Below are positions 30,684-38,737 of a stretch of DNA of 55,270 bases, one piece after another. Both the position numbers and the translations under genes were made by a program. The stretch lies in the IMG/VR virus record IMGVR_UViG_3300043775_002247; one strand, written 5' to 3'. How positions within the stretch are numbered: the first letter of the stretch is position 1; each line of letters begins with the position of its first letter. Source of the DNA: an uncultured virus (IMG/VR IMGVR_UViG_3300043775_002247). Lineage: Duplodnaviria > Heunggongvirae > Uroviricota > Caudoviricetes. The notes below the pieces were generated by a model. That model was not told the DNA's origin. It saw nothing but the letters and a program-made list of their open reading frames with translations, and searched no databases.

Positions 30684-31172
30684 TTAGTAAACTAATATAC
30701 ATCTATCCATACGTAATACCGCAGATATTGTTGCCAACGCGTCTGTATTATACGCTAATGAATCAAAGTTAACATCTGATAAGAAAGTTCCTTCTAATAT
30801 CCATTTCTCAACAACTACACCCGTTGGGTCTAACATCTCAAGGTCAACATTCTTTTTATAACCCGCAGCATACCCCATACGTCCGGTAACTGATTCAGCA
30901 CATAAACGTACCCATTCCATAAGTGCCTGAGACGCTGAAGGTCCAATTGGGTCACGGAATTTAACATTTATTGTACCCCAAGTAAAACGACCGGCAACAT
31001 ATGTTTCAGTGTTTAAAAATGGAATCGCAACAGGATTAATTGTTATTTTTGGTCTTGCTGCCGATTCTACGAACCATTCATTAATCCCTAATGTTGAAGG
31101 AAAACGTAATATAAACCTATTTTGTCTTTTAGGTTCGTAAGGTATGGGCATTTTCATTAATAAATCAGCCAT
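30684..31172 (-). CDS. Tail tube protein (T4 gp19-like)
   Basis: EPKRQNRF, YVAGRFTWGTINVKFRD, ALMEW, YKKNVDLEMLDPTGVVVEKWILEG. Confidence 0.9.
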   Translation of the reverse strand: MADLLMKMPIPYEPKRQNRFILRFPSTLGINEWFVESAARPKITINPVAIPFLNTETYVAGRFTWGTINVKFRDPIGPSASQALMEWVRLCAESVTGRMGYAAGYKKNVDLEMLDPTGVVVEKWILEGTFLSDVNFDSLAYNTDALATISAVLRMDRCILVY

Positions 31173-31295
31173 TTCAATTTGTTTTTAATTTTATTTATTT
31201 TATCTTTATTTAATAAATATCACTATTTAAAAAATATTTTAGTTGACTTTTAGAATTTAATTTATTATCATTCTCTTCTAGTCCAGTTTATTTAA

Positions 31296-31328
31296 TACTA
31301 GTTTTTTTATTTACTAGTTTTTTTTATT
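31296..31328. repeat. Tandem direct repeat TACTAGT(T)nATT x2 in the intergenic region upstream of the tube gene
   Basis: tactagtttttttatt / tactagttttttttatt, with a degenerate ctagt copy near 31278. Confidence 0.6.
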
Positions 31329-31350
31329 AATTCTTTTTAATTATAACTAT

Positions 31351-32172
31351 TTAATATTCTTTTTTTATTCCTCCTGCTGTTGAATAAGTTTTAATAATAT
31401 TTTCAGGGTCTTTCTCAAAATGTTTTTTAACTACATCCACATTTCTTATATCATCATCAGAAAAACCTACTTTAGGTACAAAATAATTACTAATTTTATT
31501 TTTAAAGTAAGCGTGTTTTTGAATATGGTTAGACATTTTCTTAACGTATTCAACAAACTCATCTAAAGCTTTAATTTTTCCTTCTTCCGGATTTGTTGCA
31601 GAACCCTCACCAAAAGACACAGGATAAAAACGACACATATCTAAATATTCTTTTATCATTTCTGATTTAGATAATTCTTCTTCATCCGCCAAATCTCGAT
31701 ACTTTTCTAAATTCTTAATTAATTCATTAGAATTTATACCGTTTGTGTTTGACACAATATAATTATAAACACCTTGTTTAAGTACATTCGGATTATGACC
31801 TCTTGCCGTTACTATAGAAAAAATTGACCCATTATTGATTGCCTCAACAAAATCACCCCAAGCCGGACCTGGTTTTGCTAACATAGCATCAACAATGAAT
31901 TGTTTGTCACCTTTATCCCTAAAATATCTAAAAGGTTCATCAGCAAAACCAACAATAGTACGGTCATTATACTCAAATGGTTGATTACCAATTTCCGTTC
32001 TATAATCTGCAAAATCTTCAGTGGACATACCTACTTCACGACCTTCATCATCTTTTAAAATAATTTTTGTTGGCATTGTAACAATGTTATCATCCCAATC
32101 AAATGCGTAGTATTTTTCATCAGGTGCCCCTGCATCATCAATACCTTCTTTTAAAATTTTTTTATTAAACAT
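31351..32172 (-). CDS. HAD-superfamily phosphatase-like protein
   Basis: Motif I YAFDWDDNI, motif II IVTARG, motif III K (EEGK), motif IV GFSDDD. Confidence 0.7.
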   Translation of the reverse strand: MFNKKILKEGIDDAGAPDEKYYAFDWDDNIVTMPTKIILKDDEGREVGMSTEDFADYRTEIGNQPFEYNDRTIVGFADEPFRYFRDKGDKQFIVDAMLAKPGPAWGDFVEAINNGSIFSIVTARGHNPNVLKQGVYNYIVSNTNGINSNELIKNLEKYRDLADEEELSKSEMIKEYLDMCRFYPVSFGEGSATNPEEGKIKALDEFVEYVKKMSNHIQKHAYFKNKISNYFVPKVGFSDDDIRNVDVVKKHFEKDPENIIKTYSTAGGIKKEY

Positions 32173-32228
32173 AATTGTTATTTGGCTTAATTATGACCCA
32201 CTATTACAATGGGCCATAATTTTATTTA

Positions 32229-35200
32229 TTATATATTCTCGAAAGATGCTCCTGTTGGAGTGATATAGAACGTAATGTCTATAAATTCTAACGATTTGGT
32301 TGGTTTGATGTAAATCTTACCTGTCATTTGATTTCTGTCTAAGTCAGCTGCGTCAGACGAAACTGTTACTCGGAAATCGTAAAGACCTCTATCTCTTCTA
32401 ATCGAATCTAATATTGGATTAACAGAATCTAAGAAATCTTGTCTTACTTTAGCATCGTTTTGTTCAAATAATAATCTAACAGAAACTGCGGATATTAATT
32501 TACGAGCTTGAAGTAATAATCTTCTTACGTTGATTCTATCAAGAGCCGATTGTCTAATTTGAAGAGTTTTATTACCCCAAATTACTGTTCCAACATCTGA
32601 AAACGTTGCGATTGGATTTAAACGACCTTGATATAGAGTATCTCTATTCTCTTGAGTCAATTTAACTCTCGCTTTAACCGCATTTACAATACCTCTCGTG
32701 TAACCCGCAGCCGCGAACCAAGGATAAGCGATGTTGTCTGTTAACGCTAAGTTTCTCGTTACCTCAGCAGTTGCTGGTAAGTAAATTTGTGTATTGTTAA
32801 CCGTATCTCTCATTAATACCCAAGGGTAGTAAGTAGCCGTGTAGTTAGAGTCAATACCTGAATTTGCTAAATTATCTACTGCCTCTTGTGGGTAAATAAA
32901 ATCAAATTGATTACCTGTCGAAGGAACATACATCTTGTAGTCAGGTGTTGTACAAACGTACAATGAATCCGCTCTACTATATTCTATCATATCGATAGCA
33001 TTTTCAACTAAATTAGAGTTATTTACATAATCAATACCCGGTGTAACAAACACGTTAATGTTTACCGCTTCAGGATTTGCAAATGTTTCTTGACCCAATA
33101 AATAAGCGTAATAATCGGTATTCGCAAAATCTTGAGTATTACCTGCAACACTAATTTGTTTGAATGCACCCCAACCTGTCGCGGAAGGGTATCTTGCGGT
33201 AGAACAAGCTCCTTTTAAGTAACCTCGTCTACCTAATACAAATTCATCTTTATTTGTTCTAAATTCTCTATAAATGTCCCATCCATCAAAACCACCTTTA
33301 ACAAGTAAAGTAAATTTACGAGCAAAAATTCTATAATAAGGATTTTCAGGGTCATCAGGGTCTGACGTAAATGGTGCATCACCACAGAAGAACGCCGGTG
33401 TACCACTAGTAACAAACACATTAGGAATTGTAATACCACTTGCGTTTTTATCCATATGGAATCCTTTTGTTCTAAAGTTCCAAGGTAAACCTTCAGTATT
33501 AAAACATACACTTGCTGGAATTCTTGTTCCTTTATATTGGAAGAAATCAACGTCAATACCTTCAGTATCTGAAATACCTAAGTAAGTTCTTCTTACATTA
33601 TCACCCGCACTTGTAGTTGTGTCGTCCGCACCTGATGCTAAACCAAATGGTGGGTTATAAACAACCTCACCAGGATAGTAGTATTTAGCTTTGATTAATG
33701 GGAATGGTGGTCTTACACCAGCATATTCTCTATAATCATATCCTAAGAATCCACAAGGAAGTGCGTCTATCGGAGCATCCTCGTTAATCTCAACCATAAT
33801 ATAACTTGATAATAAAGGATATTCCCCATCTAAACTACCAATTTTTTTACCAACAAATGAATTTTCTTGAGGATTCATTGTACAATCAGTATATTTTTCA
33901 AGAACAACCGGTGCAGAATCTGTATCAAAGAAATCTCTAACCAATACATCAAAAGTACCATTGTTAAATGACATATTAGCTAACGATATCTTAATATCAA
34001 CGTTAGCAGAATCACCATCAGCAATTGTTGTAAATTTAAATAAGTTATAAACTTTATTACCTCTTAATTCAGAAACAACCCAAGGTGATACCGGAGATTG
34101 ATATTTTTCTAAATAAAATGCTATTGATGTTGGGTTAGCCTCTTGACGAGCATCAGGTAAAGCAGTTAATTCACAATTTAAACCTCTAATATAACCCATT
34201 CTCCAAGCATTTGTTAATAAAGCTTGGAATCTTTCTTCAACAAATAACGGAACTACAGTTCTTGGTTTAGAGAAGTTAGACGCTCCAAATACTTTACTTA
34301 CATATTTAGGGTCAGAGTTTGAAAAGGATGTTTCAAAGAAATATTGGTCACCATCTTTACTTGTGATGTTAACACCAAAAGTTGAAAATGGATTTTTAGT
34401 TACACCAGAATATGTTCCTGTACAATCTAAAGTAACATCAGTTAATCCTGACACTTCATAAACCGGACCATCATCTAAACCATATGTTGAAAGACCTCTT
34501 GAACGTAACGTAGCGATTACTAAATCATCATAATCTGTATATGCTGTTCCCGAGTAGACATAAATAACACCTATCAATGTACCTGTATAACAATGAACCG
34601 GTTTTGCGGTTGTTGTTGAAGTAGTTGATGTTGATGTTGTAGTCGTACATGGGTCAGTCGTAGTAGTTGTTGTATGTGGGTCAGTCGTAGTTGTTGTTGT
34701 AATAATAGGTGTTAATGTTAATCCTGTTACAACAGACCAAAATGAAAACCCTGTATAAGCAGCATCACCAATATTATCAAATAATGAGTAATACCAAGGG
34801 TCATTTTGTGGTGCAGAATAATTACATAAATTAGCACTTACATTATCAACTTCATAAACATTTGTTTCACCTGTATATACTTCACTTAATCCTGAATAAA
34901 CACTAGTTGGTATTGCCCCATAGTAATAGATTGAAGTATCTTCTTTTTCCGGTTTTGAAACTATATCAAAAATTTGTTTAGAGAAATCAGTATACAATGT
35001 ACTCATACTACCATCGAATTGTTCGTAAGGTTCGTACAATATTGAAGATATCTCAGGAGCTAAATTAGATGTGTTAGTAAACACTATACTATCAATACTG
35101 TTAGTACATGCTGAGAATTCAATAGAATAATTAATTGTTTTAAAGTCAATACATTCAGTTATACAACTAAACGTTGTTGCACTTTCACAAAAGAAATCAA

Positions 35201-35561
35201 CCGTTGTTGGGTCAACATTAGCTTTTGTTGTTATAGACCAAGATGGTCCTGCATCATAACCAGATAATCCTAAAACTCTCGTTACGAATAATTGGTTAGA
35301 TTGTTGTAAGTATGATTTAGCAATATAAGCTGCTTCGTACTTTGGAATTTGTGTATTTATAAATTTTTCTGGAGAAGTTCCACCGAAGAAATTTGTGAAT
35401 TCATCAAAATTTCGTATAAAGATAGGTTCGAAAGCAGGACCTTTTAAGGTCTCACCCACAATACCCAACGTGGTAACCCCCACACTTTGTGCTACGAAAC
35501 TTAAATCAACTTCAGAAGTATATACTCCGGGAGATACGAATACTTTTTGATTTGATGCCAT
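32229..35561 (-). CDS. Contractile tail sheath protein (T4 gp18-like) with Thr-rich insertion
   Basis: FVSPGVYTSEVDLS, GETLKGPAFEP, YTATYYPWV, PWFAAAGYTRG, RINVRRL, LLFEQND, IYIKPTKSLEFI. Confidence 0.95.
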   Translation of the reverse strand: MASNQKVFVSPGVYTSEVDLSFVAQSVGVTTLGIVGETLKGPAFEPIFIRNFDEFTNFFGGTSPEKFINTQIPKYEAAYIAKSYLQQSNQLFVTRVLGLSGYDAGPSWSITTKANVDPTTVDFFCESATTFSCITECIDFKTINYSIEFSACTNSIDSIVFTNTSNLAPEISSILYEPYEQFDGSMSTLYTDFSKQIFDIVSKPEKEDTSIYYYGAIPTSVYSGLSEVYTGETNVYEVDNVSANLCNYSAPQNDPWYYSLFDNIGDAAYTGFSFWSVVTGLTLTPIITTTTTTDPHTTTTTTDPCTTTTSTSTTSTTTAKPVHCYTGTLIGVIYVYSGTAYTDYDDLVIATLRSRGLSTYGLDDGPVYEVSGLTDVTLDCTGTYSGVTKNPFSTFGVNITSKDGDQYFFETSFSNSDPKYVSKVFGASNFSKPRTVVPLFVEERFQALLTNAWRMGYIRGLNCELTALPDARQEANPTSIAFYLEKYQSPVSPWVVSELRGNKVYNLFKFTTIADGDSANVDIKISLANMSFNNGTFDVLVRDFFDTDSAPVVLEKYTDCTMNPQENSFVGKKIGSLDGEYPLLSSYIMVEINEDAPIDALPCGFLGYDYREYAGVRPPFPLIKAKYYYPGEVVYNPPFGLASGADDTTTSAGDNVRRTYLGISDTEGIDVDFFQYKGTRIPASVCFNTEGLPWNFRTKGFHMDKNASGITIPNVFVTSGTPAFFCGDAPFTSDPDDPENPYYRIFARKFTLLVKGGFDGWDIYREFRTNKDEFVLGRRGYLKGACSTARYPSATGWGAFKQISVAGNTQDFANTDYYAYLLGQETFANPEAVNINVFVTPGIDYVNNSNLVENAIDMIEYSRADSLYVCTTPDYKMYVPSTGNQFDFIYPQEAVDNLANSGIDSNYTATYYPWVLMRDTVNNTQIYLPATAEVTRNLALTDNIAYPWFAAAGYTRGIVNAVKARVKLTQENRDTLYQGRLNPIATFSDVGTVIWGNKTLQIRQSALDRINVRRLLLQARKLISAVSVRLLFEQNDAKVRQDFLDSVNPILDSIRRDRGLYDFRVTVSSDAADLDRNQMTGKIYIKPTKSLEFIDITFYITPTGASFENI

Positions 35562-35655
35562 TAGTTTGTCTTTTTAATTTGTAAATTTATTTTTATTGAT
35601 AAATATTATCAAAAAAACCAAAATACTTTACTTTGTTAGAAGTATTTATAAATTA

Positions 35656-35684
35656 GGTAGAATAAATTCTGCCTTTATTCTACC
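35656..35684. promoter_or_regulatory. Palindromic candidate operator directly before the RHH gene ATG
   Basis: GGTAGAATAAA-ttctgcc-TTTATTCTACC; contains three GGYAGAAT half-sites. Confidence 0.6.
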
Positions 35685-35849
35685 ATGGCAGATAACGAAA
35701 AAAAAATTAAGAACCTAAAGATATCAATCGAGGTTCACAACATCCTAAAGACCTATTGTGAAAAGAGGGGGATAAAAATGTATCGTTTTTTAGAAAGAAT
35801 GATTGTAGACCAATGTAAGGAAAAGAAGGATATTTATGGTGAGAACTAA
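35685..35849 (+). CDS. Ribbon-helix-helix (CopG/Arc-like) DNA-binding protein, 54 aa (not in track)
   Basis: MADNEKKIKNLKISIEVHNILKTYCEKRGIKMYRFLERMIVDQCKEKKDIYGEN: beta-strand KNLKI, helix, G turn, helix; TATTTATA at 35643. Confidence 0.75.
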   Translation: MADNEKKIKNLKISIEVHNILKTYCEKRGIKMYRFLERMIVDQCKEKKDIYGEN

Positions 35850-36883
35850 AGTATTTGATTATCTAACTGAATAATACCTTCTTGTGAGTCATCATTTTTA
35901 ACCACAATTATTTTTAAAACATCGTTGGTGTTTATCTGAATTTGAAGTAAATCAGACCCATAATATAGATTATTTAGATACACATCATACGACTCAATGT
36001 TGATTGTATCACCTAAATTTAAATCAACGGTATAATCAAAAATTTGTGATAAAATATTGTTCCCAGCAACAAATAAAAAATTAGTAATAGTAGATTCGTC
36101 TGTAATATTTTTTCTTCGACCACGAGTGAACGATTCTTTTTCAAATTCAATAACGGTTAAAACTCTTGAAACTGCCGGTGCAACTTCAAATTCGTTTTCA
36201 TCAATTAAGAATCCTAACATTGTAAAATCATAACTTTGAATATAATATTTTCTTTTATCAATATTCATAACTGACTCATCAGTAATGTTATTCATAATGA
36301 TTGGAATATAATGACCTTTGATAGTTGTATAAGCTTGACGAGATGCAAACATTTCAAGAATGTTTTTATTTAAAGCGTTTAATTCTCTCATTCTATTACA
36401 AATTATTTTAACACTATATGTAATATCAACAGGAACAGGTTGAGGTATTTTATATATATCCATACCATTTCTATTTCCATCCCAAGTTGGTACTTGAGCA
36501 TAAAAATATTGTTTTCTATTTGGTATATTATAAATTGTTGCAGGATTTGTTCCGAATTTAACTTCCGGGTTTCTTACAACAGTAATAAACGGAGGGGAAA
36601 CGTTTGAGTCCAAATCTTGAAAATTCCAAGTTTCGGTAAATTGTGACCAGTTCTGAGATGTAATTATGATATCAACCATTGGGATTACTTGACCATCCAC
36701 AATTGTCTGTAATTCATTTTGAACAAAATTTAACATACCCCCATCCAAATCGGCGTGTAAAATTGATTTTGGTAAATAAGTTCCGTCTTTATTAATTTTT
36801 TCCAATAGTTGTTCTCTTCTTGGGTAAAGAGTTTTTGGAAAGGTTAACGGAATTGTTTTCTTTATTTTATTTGGTAATGGCAT
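35846..36883 (-). CDS. Tail terminator / sheath stabiliser (T4 gp15-like)
   Basis: PQPVPVDITYSVKII motif; upstream of the sheath gene. Confidence 0.65.
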   Translation of the reverse strand: MPLPNKIKKTIPLTFPKTLYPRREQLLEKINKDGTYLPKSILHADLDGGMLNFVQNELQTIVDGQVIPMVDIIITSQNWSQFTETWNFQDLDSNVSPPFITVVRNPEVKFGTNPATIYNIPNRKQYFYAQVPTWDGNRNGMDIYKIPQPVPVDITYSVKIICNRMRELNALNKNILEMFASRQAYTTIKGHYIPIIMNNITDESVMNIDKRKYYIQSYDFTMLGFLIDENEFEVAPAVSRVLTVIEFEKESFTRGRRKNITDESTITNFLFVAGNNILSQIFDYTVDLNLGDTINIESYDVYLNNLYYGSDLLQIQINTNDVLKIIVVKNDDSQEGIIQLDNQIL

Positions 36884-36884
36884 G

Positions 36885-37421
36885 TTATTGTTTTGTTATA
36901 AATATTTTGTTTCTTAAGTTTATCATTTCAACTTCACCGGCACGGTATATTGGTTCTTCGGTGTCTTTTATAACATAAGAATTGTATTTATATGGATTAT
37001 AGGTAACTACGTTATCATTTGGTTCACTTGGTAAATTTTCACAAGGATATTTACAATAATCCATTAATGTTCCAATTACAAATGAATGAACATTTTTACT
37101 TTTTTCTCTAACTACTTTTTCTCTTCCACCTTGTCTAACTCTAAATTCAACATCTGATAATTTAACATAGTCGGCATGAGTAATAACTCTTCCACCATAG
37201 GTTACTGAAAAGGTGTGTTTGTGTAAGTTATAATAAACCATAACTTTATCACCTATATGTTTTTTCTCCTCATTATCGTGACCACACTTGTGACAGATAT
37301 AAGGGTCGTTTCCACCATCGGCTAAAGCCCAAGACCAACCACACTCATCACAAATCACTTCTGTGTCGGTAATGGTTTCTAATAGTCTTCTATATTGACT
37401 TTCATTAATTTTAATTTTCAT
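36885..37421 (-). CDS. Zn-ribbon protein with MKxxINE leader
   Basis: Likely start MKIKINESQYRRLLE; CDECG...CHKCG; C-terminal VYYNLHKHTFSV domain. Confidence 0.7.
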   Translation of the reverse strand: MKIKINESQYRRLLETITDTEVICDECGWSWALADGGNDPYICHKCGHDNEEKKHIGDKVMVYYNLHKHTFSVTYGGRVITHADYVKLSDVEFRVRQGGREKVVREKSKNVHSFVIGTLMDYCKYPCENLPSEPNDNVVTYNPYKYNSYVIKDTEEPIYRAGEVEMINLRNKIFITKQ

Positions 37422-37824
37422 AATCGTAATATGTGGATACTGATTTAACAGGTAAATTAAAATTATCTTCAAACCATTTTTTCATAGGTTCTTCCCAATG
37501 TCCTTCAAACATGTCATCTAAATGTTCCGCGTGCTTACCAATAACTTCTAAAATTGGTGCTTTATCTCTAAAAGGTTTATGTGATGGTTCAGTATTATAA
37601 TAATCAACATCAAAATAATAAAAAATAATATCAGTATCATAAATACCTTGATAATCACCTTCAAAGAACATTAAAAAGTTTTCGTTTTCTCTATCAACAT
37701 CAGGATATCCATCTTCATCTTCATCCATACCATAAACCCAATCCATTTTACTTGAATTAAATGTTTTATCAATATAATTGTATATTGAATTGAATAGTTT
37801 ATTTTCTGTTATTATTAGTTTCAT
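37411..37824 (-). CDS. Hypothetical protein, MKxIITE family (paralog of 37821-38174)
   Basis: Start MKLIITENKL overlaps the previous stop (ATGA); C-terminal KWFEDNFNLPVKSV. Confidence 0.7.
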   Translation of the reverse strand: MKLIITENKLFNSIYNYIDKTFNSSKMDWVYGMDEDEDGYPDVDRENENFLMFFEGDYQGIYDTDIIFYYFDVDYYNTEPSHKPFRDKAPILEVIGKHAEHLDDMFEGHWEEPMKKWFEDNFNLPVKSVSTYYDYEN

Positions 37825-38174
37825 ATTTTGTTGATTTGTTTTAAGATGTCCCTCCACACAATATTTTCATGAAAATCGTTATTGGTAGTTACCGCCTTTA
37901 CTGGTAAATTATAATACTCCTCCACCCATAACTTAATAACCTCACCAATCTGTCTATTTCCCATACCGAAAAGACTTTCCAAATAATGTCCAATGTGTTT
38001 ATATGAAATATGTACCACATTACTTTTTGTATTGTAATCAAATATAATTTCACCATCTTTTATTAATAAAATGAGAAATTTATTATAATCATACAATTTC
38101 AAATCTCCATATTCGGAGTTTAGAAATTTAATTACAATGTTGTGTAATCTAGATTCTGTTATTATTACTTTCAT
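37821..38174 (-). CDS. Hypothetical protein, MKxIITE family
   Basis: MKVIITESRL...KLWVEEYYNLPVKAV. Confidence 0.7.
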   Translation of the reverse strand: MKVIITESRLHNIVIKFLNSEYGDLKLYDYNKFLILLIKDGEIIFDYNTKSNVVHISYKHIGHYLESLFGMGNRQIGEVIKLWVEEYYNLPVKAVTTNNDFHENIVWRDILKQINKI

Positions 38175-38689
38175 TATAATCCTCTAAATTCGTTTTCCGT
38201 TACCGGAGTTGCTACATATGATTTATAAAATGGTTTATAACCGGCATATGTATGTTTATTATCTGAATTAATTCTTCCGTCATCGCTAACCACGTAATAT
38301 CTAACTTTTGTTTCTGTTTCATAATAACCAATATAATCCCCATAATTAATTTGAACCCCTAAATCGTTAAGTTGAGCGGCGTAAATCGCAAACTTCATAT
38401 TACCAGGTTCTGATTGTGTAATTTTTGAATTACCCAAGTATTTGGTTTCAGGTGGAAGTATTTGAACATAAGCTTTAAACTCAATTGGTGGTAAATATTT
38501 TATACCATCAGTCATTACCTCACCATAAACATCATCTGTTTTGGTTTTCAATCTGTCTACCTTATACAGGACTAACGTAAAGTTCATATCACCATATAAC
38601 CATTCCTCCCCCATAGAGATGTCTAAATTGTAATCCTCCGCTCCGAAGAATTTACCTATTCTTGTAATTGGTACTAAATTTCTACTCAT
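38174..38689 (-). CDS. Head closure / neck protein (T4 gp14-like)
   Basis: DDVYGE...K.LPPIEFKAYV...GDYI pattern and genomic context. Confidence 0.55.
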   Translation of the reverse strand: MSRNLVPITRIGKFFGAEDYNLDISMGEEWLYGDMNFTLVLYKVDRLKTKTDDVYGEVMTDGIKYLPPIEFKAYVQILPPETKYLGNSKITQSEPGNMKFAIYAAQLNDLGVQINYGDYIGYYETETKVRYYVVSDDGRINSDNKHTYAGYKPFYKSYVATPVTENEFRGL

Positions 38690-38690
38690 A

Positions 38691-38719
38691 TTGATAAATA
38701 TTAAATAATTTATTATATT
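38691..38719 (+). promoter_or_regulatory. Sigma70-like promoter of the SNF2 helicase gene
   Basis: TTGATA-N17-TATATT; overlaps the minus-strand TATTTAT motif of the divergent gene. Confidence 0.55.
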
Positions 38720-38737
38720 TCTATTAAAAGATTAAAA

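Noticed and set aside
15490..35561. Bacterial T6SS/eCIS/tailocin locus
   Set aside because: Interleaved with phage neck proteins, PolB, gp32-like SSB, UvsX and a helicase, which indicates a lytic phage genome.
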